Positions 27,219-36,947 of a stretch of DNA of 60,886 bases are shown here, piece after piece (the first letter of the stretch is position 1; every line of letters begins with the position of its first letter). The notes below the pieces were generated by a model that worked only from the letters and a program-made list of their open reading frames with translations, was not told the DNA's origin and did no database searches. The translations under genes and the position numbers were made by a program. Location: the IMG/VR virus record IMGVR_UViG_3300006046_000006, positions 1 to 60,886 of that record; one strand, written 5' to 3'. Source of the stretch: a virus (lineage: Duplodnaviria > Caudoviricetes).

Positions 27219-27341
27219 TCTTCTTCTCCTTTTATTCCTATTAATTCCTCAGGCTGAGGATCATTTGCAGTATGTGATGACGCATCATCACGGGTGCGGA
27301 TTCGTCAGGGACCTTTAGGGAATGACTGACAGAACTCCTGA

Positions 27342-27725
27342 TCATTCAATTCGAGTCGTATCGGGTGCGGAGGGGCCGATGCCGACATCTTTTGTAGCCA
27401 GGTTGACCTTCGTCGATATCTGTGTGGGTACCAGGAAGCCGAAGTAAGCCGCCACACCGGTGATCCAAGTCATGAAGGCGAGAACCAAAGACTCTCGACT
27501 GAAGACTGCAACACCATCTAGCGCAGTAGCCGTGATGATCAACCCTGCAACCGCAGACAAGAAGGCATGGAGAATCGCCTTCAGCGCCGACGACGCATGT
27601 AACTTTGTTACTAGCCCCACCAAGATGGGGATGATCACACCACTGATGAACATGGCTACCGTGGCATCCAGTTCAAAGAATGGTTCTTGCATCTGACCCT
27701 CTTGAGCCAGCAGTTGTGATAGCAT
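27342..27725 (-). CDS. holin-like membrane protein
   Basis: Three hydrophobic segments, directly downstream of the endolysin. Confidence 0.75.
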   Translation of the reverse strand: MLSQLLAQEGQMQEPFFELDATVAMFISGVIIPILVGLVTKLHASSALKAILHAFLSAVAGLIITATALDGVAVFSRESLVLAFMTWITGVAAYFGFLVPTQISTKVNLATKDVGIGPSAPDTTRIE

Positions 27726-27734
27726 TATTCTCCT

Positions 27735-28550
27735 TTACTTAGTCGGTCGCCAGGTCGTGCCAGACTCGACGACGAGTCGTTTGTATTCCTCCCGGTTGTC
27801 CTCGATATAGGTCGGGAGAGCTGAGTATGTTGGTGAGGCATTTTCGATGGGGCTCAAGTGGCTAAGCTTGCCATTGTCCCAGCGAACGAGCCAGGCCTCG
27901 TATGGATCATCTGACCTTATTTTGTAGAGCGGTGCGCCCATGTCTTCATCCTCTTCTGGTGGTGTGGGTGTGGGTACTTGCGGTGAAGGTGTGGACCCAG
28001 ACAGATCCCACCATCGTTGTTTTGCTGCGTAGGCATTATCACCGGGGCAGTTTGTGTTGTTCACATCGCGGTCGCCTTTGATGACCAAGTCGTTCCCAAA
28101 GTACCTCCTGATCTCCTTCAGAGCAAAGACCGCAGTCTCCTCCAAGTCCGGAGTGATCTGCTCGATCGTCGTGTTGCCCAGGACGCATATGGAGATTGAC
28201 CATTGATCCCATGGCCATCCGGTTCCTCCGCCTTGCGGACCGAGACCGCGTCCATCCATAACGCAGCGGTAGCCGAGCCCGATGTTGTAAGCGATATCTG
28301 CCCATTTTCTCACAGTCCCATCTGCCCAGTATGTGGGCTTGCCATCCTTGTCAAGGATCAATCGACTTAAGTGGTCGCGTTGGATACTGCGCCACTGTTG
28401 CTTCGAAGCCTCCACACTCTTGGGCATGCTCGGGTCAGCGGTACCTGAGTGGTGGAAGTATATCTCAGTCGTTGATGGGCGGATGTTTGACCACCGGTTC
28501 GGTAGGATCAATCCCACATCTTCTCGAGTTAACCATTGAATATCGCTCAT
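27735..28550 (-). CDS. endolysin, N-acetylmuramoyl-L-alanine amidase (Amidase_2/PGRP-like)
   Basis: YFHHSG, WADIAYN, ICVLGN, GDRDV...CPG; Pro/Thr linker and C-terminal domain. Confidence 0.82.
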   Translation of the reverse strand: MSDIQWLTREDVGLILPNRWSNIRPSTTEIYFHHSGTADPSMPKSVEASKQQWRSIQRDHLSRLILDKDGKPTYWADGTVRKWADIAYNIGLGYRCVMDGRGLGPQGGGTGWPWDQWSISICVLGNTTIEQITPDLEETAVFALKEIRRYFGNDLVIKGDRDVNNTNCPGDNAYAAKQRWWDLSGSTPSPQVPTPTPPEEDEDMGAPLYKIRSDDPYEAWLVRWDNGKLSHLSPIENASPTYSALPTYIEDNREEYKRLVVESGTTWRPTK

Positions 28551-29797
28551 GGATCAGCCCTCAGACTGTATTTGAATCTCTGTTGTGCTCTATTAAACTC
28601 CGCGTAAACTCGCTTGTTGAAAGTTTGTATCGGAGTCTCAAGGAGAACTTCTTGTGTTTCAGTTTGATCCTGGACCGTAACTGCGATGCCCATAACCTGA
28701 AACAAACCTCGAATACCTAACTCACTGTTGTCGTAGACAATCTGATCGAACACGTCGTAGTCAATGAAAGCCTTGAAGTCTACGTTGGGAGCTATGTGTA
28801 ATGCGGTTGTTTGAGCAGCTGCCCTCTTGCTATTGGCAAGCTTAGTTGCAATAGATAGGGCATCGGGATAGTTATAATCTCCAGCATCAGTCCAGTAGAA
28901 CTCTCGTTTGCCATATCTAAACTGAGCATCTCCATTGAATACACTGACGCGAGAATCAGGGCCCACACTGAAACTGCTCCAGAGATCACTCATAGTCGAT
29001 TCTCGACTGATGACCTTGTCAGCCTGAAGAACATGGCGCCCGAGATGCAACCCTACTTTGCCACTAACATCCTTACGGAAAGTTTGATAGGCAAACATGT
29101 TGGTACTAACTGGGTTACGGCCAGTGAAATCAACCATGAAGTTGAAGCCACCGAAGGATTGTGCCCACTTCAGAAGTTCGAAGAGTCCAGTACCCGCCCT
29201 GACCTGGAACTGAACACCCATAAAGGTGGCCGGGTCCCAAGATACGTTGGCACTGTCCACGTTTATGATGGTCCCCCCAGAAGTAAACCAGGCGGGAACC
29301 AGGATGGCTGAGGCATTCCTTAACGTAGCCTCTAGACGTAGAGTCTCATAGACAGCGATAGGTGTGCCTGAGAAGATGGGTCGATCCTCTGGCCCACCCG
29401 ATAGAGGACCGAAGCTCGAGGGCAGAATGATGGAGCGATTGAGAATCTCACCCAAGCCAGGACCAGAGACTGTGATCTGATGGCTATTCGGTCCTTGGAT
29501 GATATGTTGAATACTCTCAGGTACGAACCCAAAGCAGATGTCCGTACCCTGGGCCGTGTTGACATCCACACCATACTTGCCAGGCTTGCAGAACGCGAAG
29601 AAGACATCTCTATCCAACAGAGCGAGGTTAGCTGGGGTGAGAGACTTCGCGTCGAAGGTTATCGAGCCAGACCCTGAGTCATTGACCACCTTGGTGAAAC
29701 TGAAACTCTTATACTCGGGCAGGATGTCCTGCTGGTCCCATGTAGTATTAGCCCAAGTGTTCATATAAAGACGAATTTCCCACCCAAGGTCTTCCAT
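28547..29797 (-). CDS. minor tail protein (Tal/hub-like)
   Basis: Position after Dit; VNDSGSGSITF, YGKRE, DYDVFD patterns. Confidence 0.75.
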   Translation of the reverse strand: MEDLGWEIRLYMNTWANTTWDQQDILPEYKSFSFTKVVNDSGSGSITFDAKSLTPANLALLDRDVFFAFCKPGKYGVDVNTAQGTDICFGFVPESIQHIIQGPNSHQITVSGPGLGEILNRSIILPSSFGPLSGGPEDRPIFSGTPIAVYETLRLEATLRNASAILVPAWFTSGGTIINVDSANVSWDPATFMGVQFQVRAGTGLFELLKWAQSFGGFNFMVDFTGRNPVSTNMFAYQTFRKDVSGKVGLHLGRHVLQADKVISRESTMSDLWSSFSVGPDSRVSVFNGDAQFRYGKREFYWTDAGDYNYPDALSIATKLANSKRAAAQTTALHIAPNVDFKAFIDYDVFDQIVYDNSELGIRGLFQVMGIAVTVQDQTETQEVLLETPIQTFNKRVYAEFNRAQQRFKYSLRADP

Positions 29798-29804
29798 GGT
29801 AATC

Positions 29805-30668
29805 CTAAATATAGAGAGGATAGAAAGTGAAGGCAGTTTGAAGGTTATTAAAGCTTCCCTGCCCGAAACGGCTGTCTACCGTGATCAGGTTATCACCCTT
29901 CTTAAACTCGAACCAGAATGCTGAGGGTCCAGCCCTAGAGATACTGTTCTGCCAGTTCGTAGTCAAATCGCCAGCACGACTGAGAAAGAAATTCTCAACA
30001 TCAATAGTCCAGGGAGCACCCACTGCCGGTGTGGTAACATTTAATGCGAGCGGTGGATTAAAAGACATATTCTTTATGGTAGTAGTTCCGCCTCCACCGC
30101 TAATGAGGGTCATCTGGATAGTCATACGGTGTGTGGAATCATCTCCAGGGTTATTTATCGTAACACCAGTTAGAGTAGGCAGCATCGAAGTAGTTATAGA
30201 TCCAGTGGTCCAGTAAGGATCAACCATCTTCAGGTCGACAACCATCTTACCAAAGTTGGGGCCAGTCATCTGAGGCTCTAGCGTCGATATGCACTCGGCC
30301 TGTGTGGTAAATGCCTGGACGCCATTGAAGAATCGTACGTTCTTCGTAACTGTTAGCAGTCGGTCACGGTTGTAGAAGATGTTCTTCAGGAAACGAAAGT
30401 TCTCATTGAACTGAGCGCGTCGTCCAGTAGCAGTCTTCGAAGTCAAACCGTTGACATCAGTGGATCGTATCCACATGCCCAGGCTCAGGGTTCGAGCGGC
30501 CGGCATCTTAGATCGCCACACCTCACCTGCTCGGTAGGGGACTTGGTAATTATCACCGGCCATTTCTGGGATTCCCTGACGGCCCCCGATGGACTCTACA
30601 CTATACGCCCAGGTTGAAAGAGGTGCCCCATCAACGAACCACATCTCCTCATTGACTAAGAGGGCCAT
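29805..30668 (-). CDS. distal tail protein (Dit-like)
   Basis: Immediately after the tape measure; DPYW, NPGD, GDNLI motifs. Confidence 0.78.
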   Translation of the reverse strand: MALLVNEEMWFVDGAPLSTWAYSVESIGGRQGIPEMAGDNYQVPYRAGEVWRSKMPAARTLSLGMWIRSTDVNGLTSKTATGRRAQFNENFRFLKNIFYNRDRLLTVTKNVRFFNGVQAFTTQAECISTLEPQMTGPNFGKMVVDLKMVDPYWTTGSITTSMLPTLTGVTINNPGDDSTHRMTIQMTLISGGGGTTTIKNMSFNPPLALNVTTPAVGAPWTIDVENFFLSRAGDLTTNWQNSISRAGPSAFWFEFKKGDNLITVDSRFGQGSFNNLQTAFTFYPLYI

Positions 30669-33481
30669 TAGAGTACTCCTAGATATTGAAGCTTCTGAGC
30701 AGTGAGGAACATCGAATCTTCCGCAGTTTGCTGAGACGGATTGTGGACAGTGATGTCAATCTTGTTGCCGCTCTGGACATTGACAGGCTGAGTCCCAGAG
30801 TTTTGCACCGGCAGAAGGCTACCGACATCCAGTGTGGAGTTCAAGTTGCGTTGGACTGACGTAATACCATTGATGTCTTTCTCCATGGTATCTATGAGCT
30901 TGATCATGTTGTCTCGCTCACCTTGCATACCTCTCACCAGGCCTTGCCCGATCATCTTACCGTAGTCGGTGGTAACCTTGGACGGAGAGAACAACCCAAA
31001 GCCAGACTTGAATCCGTCCTTGATACCTTTGACGACATCGCCAACCGCATCCTTGACATGTCCAGCCATATTCTTGATACCGTTGATCAAGCCTCGGATG
31101 ATATCCTCGCCCGTCTGAACCAAGAAACTGGCGATGTCAGCAGTAGACTTGATGGCGTTGATGATCTGCGAGGGTAGTTCCTTGAAGTTATCCCAGATAA
31201 CCTGCAGGAACTTGAGCCCGAGTTCAGCTGCCTTAGCAATCATATCCACAACAAACTGACCGGTGTTGCTCAGAATGGTGAGGAAGACCCCCGACAACTG
31301 ACCGGGCAACTTTGGAATCTCTTGTAGAATTGCCCCAACAAAGTCAGTGCTGAAGTGGAAGGCCCGGGTGACCATGTCCCCGATCCAGCCAATCAGGAAG
31401 GTAACCAGAGCAGTCATTCCGTCGATGAACAGATGTCCGATGAGGTCGAGGAAGCTCAGCAGTGCACCAGGGAAGGCCTGGGCGAAGTCAATGGCATGGC
31501 TGATCAGCCAACCAACAGCCTGTAGGAAGTAGTCCCAGAGAAGCTGCAGCCCTTGCCAGAACAAACCGGCCGCTTTGATGCCGAGATTGACGATCGTGGT
31601 GTAATACCAGATCTCGAATCTGAGCCACGCACCGATGATGAACCCGATGATGAATCCGACGATGTAGGGCAGTTTCTGCAGACCCTCCAGGAAAGCCTGG
31701 CCCAGAGCAGCCAACCCCTGTACAGCCAGCCCAGGTAGGCTAGCAAAGAATCCGACGACAGCTCGATAGGCAATACCAAGATCTCTTGCGACATTCCCGG
31801 GCAGGTCGCGGAAGAAGTTGATGATGCTCACGACGGCTTGACCGATACGGACAGCAACATCTGCAGTGATCTGACCAGCCCTGACTAGGGCACCTGCGAC
31901 AGCTTTGAGGAACTCCCAAGTTGCCTGGATGATTATCCAGATAATCTCAGCTGTCCTCTTCAGTGTGGGGTAACTTGCATCCCAGGCATCTTTAGCTGCC
32001 TTACCGGCCCAGATAAATGCCTGACCGATGGAGTACAAGACTGGCAGGACCTTGTCCCAAATAGCCTGCGTCTTTTGCCATGCTGCATCGACAAACTTAT
32101 GAAACGCCTCGTTCTTCTTGTAAAGAATGTACAGAGCTACACCCAAGGCTATGAGAGCCAAGATGACAACTAGAATCCCACCGATCAAAGTTGTCGTAAG
32201 GAAGGTAGCCAGACTTCCAAGACCTGAACCCAGGAGACTTGCCAGGGATAGGACTGCTCGTACTGAGGTTATGAACCTGAGGATGGTGCCGACGAACAAG
32301 GCAAAGGCACCCATGAGAATAAACAGGACACCAACTAGAGCAGTCCCTAGTAAGATCCACCTAGTCCAAGCATGATCTCCCGCAGCCAAGGCATTAACTA
32401 GGCTCGTGATATGCTCCACAAGAGTCTGAAGTTGCTTCTGGAAAGGGCTACCCGCGTCGATTAGGTATGCCTCTACAGCTGCCTTCAACCGACGCATGGA
32501 TCCACTGAGGTTGTCCAAGCGTGTGGCAGCTACTGTTGCCGCGTCAGTCTTAGCAATAGCTGCGTCCATGTCGACGAAGCCTTGACCAGCCTGCTCCATC
32601 AGGATCAATGCCGAGGCAGATGCTCGAGCGCCGAAGACTGTAGTAACCGCATTGATCTTCTGTTCGTCCGTCAAACCCTTTGTGGCATCACGCAGGATTG
32701 TGAAGATTGAACTCAGATCTTTTGCCTTGCCTTGAGCGTCGAAGAACCTGTTAGCACCATCCGAAGTGATGATGCCGAGCTTCTCAAGTTCCCCTCGAGC
32801 CACCTTCGAAGTTGGAGAAAGGTCGATGAGGATTTTCCGTAGAGAAGTACCACCGGTCGATCCCTTAATACCAGCATTGCCCAATAGAGCCAGTGCTGTA
32901 GCAACATCATCGAGAGGGATATTCAACCCCGCAGCAATACCGCCAGTGTATCTCAGAGATGTCGCCAAGTCATCCACATCGAGTGTGGACTGGTTAGCTG
33001 CTCCAGCTAGGGTATCAACAATCCCATTGACATCCTTGGCCTCGATGCCGAAGGTTCGCATAGCGTTGGCAGCAATCTCTGCTGCTCTAGCAATGGGCAG
33101 ATCGCCTGCCTTGGCAAGGTTAATCGTCGCAGTGCCAGCACCGTCGATGACCTCCTGCGCAGTCAAGCCAGCCTTGGCCAACTCCACGAAGGCCTGGGCT
33201 ACTTCGGTAGGACCGAATGGTCCCTTAGATCCCAGGTCCAATGCCGCTTGTCGCAGAGTATCAATCTCGTCTGCACCAGCCGCAGTGACTGCAGCGATGG
33301 TCGAGATCTCTTTCTCGAAGTTAGCAGCAGCACCAACAGATGCTACGAACCCGCCCGTGAGAACTGTTCCGAACCCGATCATCTGCTTTCCAGCAGAAGT
33401 CAGTTTACGACCAGCAGCATCTATACCGGAAGTATCTATGTCGATCAAACCACTAGCAGTACCCAGATTATAATCGGGCAT
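30668..33481 (-). CDS. tape measure protein (TP901 family)
   Basis: 937-aa Ala/Gly-rich helical protein; ELAKAG, AGIKGSTGGT.LR, RLDNLSG, SPSKV. Confidence 0.95.
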   Translation of the reverse strand: MPDYNLGTASGLIDIDTSGIDAAGRKLTSAGKQMIGFGTVLTGGFVASVGAAANFEKEISTIAAVTAAGADEIDTLRQAALDLGSKGPFGPTEVAQAFVELAKAGLTAQEVIDGAGTATINLAKAGDLPIARAAEIAANAMRTFGIEAKDVNGIVDTLAGAANQSTLDVDDLATSLRYTGGIAAGLNIPLDDVATALALLGNAGIKGSTGGTSLRKILIDLSPTSKVARGELEKLGIITSDGANRFFDAQGKAKDLSSIFTILRDATKGLTDEQKINAVTTVFGARASASALILMEQAGQGFVDMDAAIAKTDAATVAATRLDNLSGSMRRLKAAVEAYLIDAGSPFQKQLQTLVEHITSLVNALAAGDHAWTRWILLGTALVGVLFILMGAFALFVGTILRFITSVRAVLSLASLLGSGLGSLATFLTTTLIGGILVVILALIALGVALYILYKKNEAFHKFVDAAWQKTQAIWDKVLPVLYSIGQAFIWAGKAAKDAWDASYPTLKRTAEIIWIIIQATWEFLKAVAGALVRAGQITADVAVRIGQAVVSIINFFRDLPGNVARDLGIAYRAVVGFFASLPGLAVQGLAALGQAFLEGLQKLPYIVGFIIGFIIGAWLRFEIWYYTTIVNLGIKAAGLFWQGLQLLWDYFLQAVGWLISHAIDFAQAFPGALLSFLDLIGHLFIDGMTALVTFLIGWIGDMVTRAFHFSTDFVGAILQEIPKLPGQLSGVFLTILSNTGQFVVDMIAKAAELGLKFLQVIWDNFKELPSQIINAIKSTADIASFLVQTGEDIIRGLINGIKNMAGHVKDAVGDVVKGIKDGFKSGFGLFSPSKVTTDYGKMIGQGLVRGMQGERDNMIKLIDTMEKDINGITSVQRNLNSTLDVGSLLPVQNSGTQPVNVQSGNKIDITVHNPSQQTAEDSMFLTAQKLQYLGVL

Positions 33482-33487
33482 TAGGAA

Positions 33488-33760
33488 TCACCTCCCCGGA
33501 GGTTTCATAGGACGGAAGCGTTGCTTATCAGGCAACTGCAGTAGTCGAGCTAGAACTTGATATCTCTTGCGGTTTCTCTCAGTATCATTCTTGCCTTGCA
33601 CAGCATCCATTTCAGCTTCCACACTCATACCGAAGTGACCGCAAGCCTGGTCAAAGCAGTATGCTGTGTACTCATCCTTGATCGCCAGCAGAGCACTAGG
33701 TCGCACTGACCAGAGCTTAGCTTCACGATACGTTGTCCATAGCAGTGGCAGATTCTTCAC
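33488..33760 (-). CDS. tail assembly chaperone, downstream (GT-like) frame
   Basis: Lies between chaperone and TMP; overlaps the upstream ORF in the +1 frame. Confidence 0.7.
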   Translation of the reverse strand: MKNLPLLWTTYREAKLWSVRPSALLAIKDEYTAYCFDQACGHFGMSVEAEMDAVQGKNDTERNRKRYQVLARLLQLPDKQRFRPMKPPGR

Positions 33761-34262
33761 GAAAAGAATCTACGTCTGCCGTACCTCCCACTGAGTAGTT
33801 GAAGATGAACATCTTGTCCTCGATGTCTACTTCATCTACATACAGTATGCTCTGCTCTCGATACTCGGGCGTCAGTTGCTGACCCTTGGCGTCAGTGGGG
33901 ACCGGAGCTACCCTGGGTTCCACACAAGCCTGGCAAACAACGGCATCTACCAAGGTCATCATATCCCGCATCATCTCAGGGCTGAGATCCAGATCTTCTG
34001 TCTTCGGCTTGGTGCCACTCTTGAGTGCGGCAGTGACATAACCCATTAGGCTATTGGGCACCATGCCCTGAGCAAGAAACGCCTGTAGACCAGGGCGCTT
34101 GAGCAATGCTACGTTGCCGCTAGGAACACGGATAGGGGTGCCACCACTGGACGCTCTCCTCCACTGTGAAGCAGAGGTAGGTCCAGCGGCAACACCCGGA
34201 TCCGGTTCCTTCCTCGGTGTTACGCGAGGGTTTCTTTTTACTGATGGCTTCTTGTCAACCAT
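33723..34262 (-). CDS. tail assembly chaperone (G-like)
   Basis: Position between major tail protein and TMP. Confidence 0.78.
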   Translation of the reverse strand: MVDKKPSVKRNPRVTPRKEPDPGVAAGPTSASQWRRASSGGTPIRVPSGNVALLKRPGLQAFLAQGMVPNSLMGYVTAALKSGTKPKTEDLDLSPEMMRDMMTLVDAVVCQACVEPRVAPVPTDAKGQQLTPEYREQSILYVDEVDIEDKMFIFNYSVGGTADVDSFREESATAMDNVS

Positions 34263-34285
34263 GGGCTCCTAGGCCTCCTATGTAG

Positions 34286-34347
34286 TGAGCATGTGCGGTG
34301 GGCGAGCGCCAAAGGACGAAAAACGCCCGCCCACCAAACCATGCTCA
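34286..34347 (-). other. long stem-loop after the major tail gene (attenuator or mRNA stabiliser)
   Basis: tgagcatg/catgctca outer stem enclosing ggtgggcgagcg/cgcccgcccacc. Confidence 0.6.
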
Positions 34348-34358
34348 GGGATTTATTA

Positions 34359-35195
34359 CTACGACCCGCCCTGGTGATTGGTGCGGATCGTCAAGCTGCC
34401 ACCTGTGAGCGAACCCACACCGGCAGTCATCTGGGCCACGTTCACACCGGCATAGACACCCTTGAATTCGACGATCCAGTCACCGGGACCACCGGTAACG
34501 AGGACATCGCCTGGGGCGATATTCGACAAACCCTCGAGCGCTGTCGTGAGTGCTGCCGTGCTGATGTTGTAAGCCAGTGCGCCGGTCGTTTGAGCGGCAA
34601 ACGTGAGCGTGAATGTACCGCCAGTGGCGTCCGAGATGATCTCTTGGATTTCATTGGAGGTAAGGGCAATCGCAGTCTGCGTCTCATTCCAAGTGATGCG
34701 ATAGAGGTTATCATTCACATCGCCCAGTCCTCGACCAGAACAGTGCGTCACGAAGAATACACCGTCACCGAACTCGCCCTCGAGAGTGTCATCACACTTG
34801 CACTTGTAGATGATGACGTGGACGTCACCACCATCGTCGGCAATGGATTGACCCTCGATGCGGAAGTATCGCCGTGTGTCGGTGATCTTCTTCAGGAAGT
34901 CCTTGACTTCCGTGGTGCCTGTACCCGAGGTCGTAATAGTACCACCGCTGAAGACATTCCAGGCTTCAATGGAGATACCACCTGCCTCAAGTTCCCACTC
35001 AACTGTCGGACCTTTACCGTGGACAGCCACGAGTCGATCATCACCACGCAACTCTTCATAGTCCTCAGCTTCGCTGAATGACAATGTCTGAGACACTGGG
35101 AGATCAACCGTGGTAGCCAAGGTACCGTCCGTGTTGATAGGCGTTATTTTCACATCCCTCAAGCCAAACGGCAATACGGGATCAGTTAGAGCCAT
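34359..35195 (-). CDS. major tail (tube) protein with C-terminal accessory domain
   Basis: LPFGLRDVKITP...ELRGDD...VEWELEAGGIS...YFRIEGQ; C-terminal ATGGTFTLTF...LEGLSNI domain; synteny. Confidence 0.88.
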   Translation of the reverse strand: MALTDPVLPFGLRDVKITPINTDGTLATTVDLPVSQTLSFSEAEDYEELRGDDRLVAVHGKGPTVEWELEAGGISIEAWNVFSGGTITTSGTGTTEVKDFLKKITDTRRYFRIEGQSIADDGGDVHVIIYKCKCDDTLEGEFGDGVFFVTHCSGRGLGDVNDNLYRITWNETQTAIALTSNEIQEIISDATGGTFTLTFAAQTTGALAYNISTAALTTALEGLSNIAPGDVLVTGGPGDWIVEFKGVYAGVNVAQMTAGVGSLTGGSLTIRTNHQGGS

Positions 35196-35394
35196 TTCGT
35201 TTCCTTCCCTGAGATGGGTGTGGAGGAGTTTTGAACCTTAGCGTTTCTAGCAGTTCTCCCTTGACCGAGAAGCGATGGATGACTACAATGCCAGGGCGCT
35301 TGCCACACCAACGACTATCGCAACGAACCTCGATGACATCATCCTCCATAGTTCCATGGAGTTTGTTGGGGCATCGCAATTCAATCATTCCCAT
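35182..35394 (-). CDS. small Com-like zinc-finger protein
   Basis: ELRCPNKLHG...IEVRC.S.WCG resembles the Mu Com pattern. Confidence 0.5.
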   Translation of the reverse strand: MGMIELRCPNKLHGTMEDDVIEVRCDSRWCGKRPGIVVIHRFSVKGELLETLRFKTPPHPSQGRKRNGSN

Positions 35395-35431
35395 TACTTC
35401 CCTACGTCACGGGATCAAGTGACCGATATGA

Positions 35432-35791
35432 TTACGCCCTCGGCGTAGTCCGTGTCGCCCGAGAAGTCCGTGCCGTCTCTGGCGGTGCTTCGGTTGACAT
35501 ATCGTCACCCTCATCGGTGTCGAGCTTCTCCACCCATTCACGACCTTGACCAGCGCGTTCTTCCTGCATTGATCGCGGCCCACGGGTATCCGGCTCATCC
35601 GGTGCTGCTTCTTCAAGCTCCCCTGGAAACTCATCGAGCAACTTCCTCGCCTGGGCGTCTGGCACCTCGACGATGAAGTTGTTATCAGATTCCCACACCA
35701 ACTCCTCAGGATCCTCATCGGTCCGGTTGGGGTCAGGGTTTGGAATGATTCTCCTGTGATTTGGAGAAGCAGCATTATATTTGAGTCTCAT
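35432..35791 (-). CDS. hypothetical virion-module protein
   Basis: Coupled ORF with AGGAGG RBS in the neck/tail region. Confidence 0.65.
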   Translation of the reverse strand: MRLKYNAASPNHRRIIPNPDPNRTDEDPEELVWESDNNFIVEVPDAQARKLLDEFPGELEEAAPDEPDTRGPRSMQEERAGQGREWVEKLDTDEGDDMSTEAPPETARTSRATRTTPRA

Positions 35792-36186
35792 TAGACCTCC
35801 TTGTAGAGAACGCGGAATCGTATGAACCTCGTGTTGGTCCCCATGTCGGGGTCCTTGAAATCTTCACTAGAGTCGATCCACCGAGTGATCTCCACACCCT
35901 CAGCCTTGTCAGAGGCATTGAGAAAGAGATTCTTGAGCACCCCTATGATCTCATCAATACGCAGGAAGTCACCCACTACATCATGCACAAACACCTGGAA
36001 ACTCTGGGTGTAGACCTTTGGAACGTCATCACCCATCATCTCAGGTTGAATTACGAACATCTTATACATGATGTAAGGCTTAGTAGGAACCTCTTGCAAC
36101 CGGCTTGACTCGTAGATACGACTACCAACATATGCCGTCAGAGGAGCATGGCCCGTCATCTTACCATATATCCATGATCTAATCAT
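35791..36186 (-). CDS. tail terminator (DUF3168-like)
   Basis: Size, position, KPYI...QVFVHD pattern. Confidence 0.7.
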   Translation of the reverse strand: MIRSWIYGKMTGHAPLTAYVGSRIYESSRLQEVPTKPYIMYKMFVIQPEMMGDDVPKVYTQSFQVFVHDVVGDFLRIDEIIGVLKNLFLNASDKAEGVEITRWIDSSEDFKDPDMGTNTRFIRFRVLYKEV

Positions 36187-36547
36187 AGTATATAATCCCT
36201 GATAGGATGTCGGAGATGTCTTTCATCAACTCAGGACCGAGAGTCTCTATGGTGGGCAGGATAATTGCGTAGGTACCACCCCAACGGATCTCTAGCCAGA
36301 TGCCGTAATCCATGGTGTGGTATAAAGAAACTCCGAAGGAATCGTTCGTGATCAACGCCTGAGACTGTAGTCCCGAGCGAGCGTCACCGGTGCGGTCTTC
36401 CCAAGGTGCGTTAGCCTGGGCGTACTCCGCTAGCTTCGGTGCGAATTCTTGAACTTTTTCTTCTAGCTTCTGCCGCGTCCTCTCGCTGAAATTATCCAGC
36501 CCTTGCCATAGGGTATCGACTCCCCAATCCCAGTTAATTTGTGGCAT
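36179..36547 (-). CDS. neck protein (HK97 gp10-like)
   Basis: NAPWEDRTGDARSGL, YGIWLE. Confidence 0.78.
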   Translation of the reverse strand: MPQINWDWGVDTLWQGLDNFSERTRQKLEEKVQEFAPKLAEYAQANAPWEDRTGDARSGLQSQALITNDSFGVSLYHTMDYGIWLEIRWGGTYAIILPTIETLGPELMKDISDILSGIIYYD

Positions 36548-36947
36548 CCGGACCTCTGTAGATTATACCGGCTTGCTTATGGTCGTGCCTCCTGACTTGA
36601 ACGAAATTGACCTCGAAGCGTCCTGGGTTGAACACCGTTTCGTCAGTCCAGATGAAGTAATCATTCTTCTCTATATCTGACTCTGGCGTCCCTATCAGGA
36701 CATACTCAATGAGGCTCGTTTCATCCTCGCCAGTTTTGAGGGTTGCCTTGGCAAGTTCAATGGTGAGACGACGCTTGAAAGGCATGAAGGAGAACTTCTG
36801 TGCCTCGAGAACCGTCTCTCCAGTGATGACCCTACCGCCTGCTGCCGTGGTTGACCAGATAGGCCGGTGCAGAACGATGGTTATGTAATCAAGGTCAATG
36901 TATTTGTGCATCAACCTATCGCGTACCTGTCGTTCTGACCAGCTCAT
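36534..36947 (-). CDS. head-tail stopper (putative)
   Basis: Position and size; DIEKND.F. Confidence 0.6.
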   Translation of the reverse strand: MSWSERQVRDRLMHKYIDLDYITIVLHRPIWSTTAAGGRVITGETVLEAQKFSFMPFKRRLTIELAKATLKTGEDETSLIEYVLIGTPESDIEKNDYFIWTDETVFNPGRFEVNFVQVRRHDHKQAGIIYRGPDATN

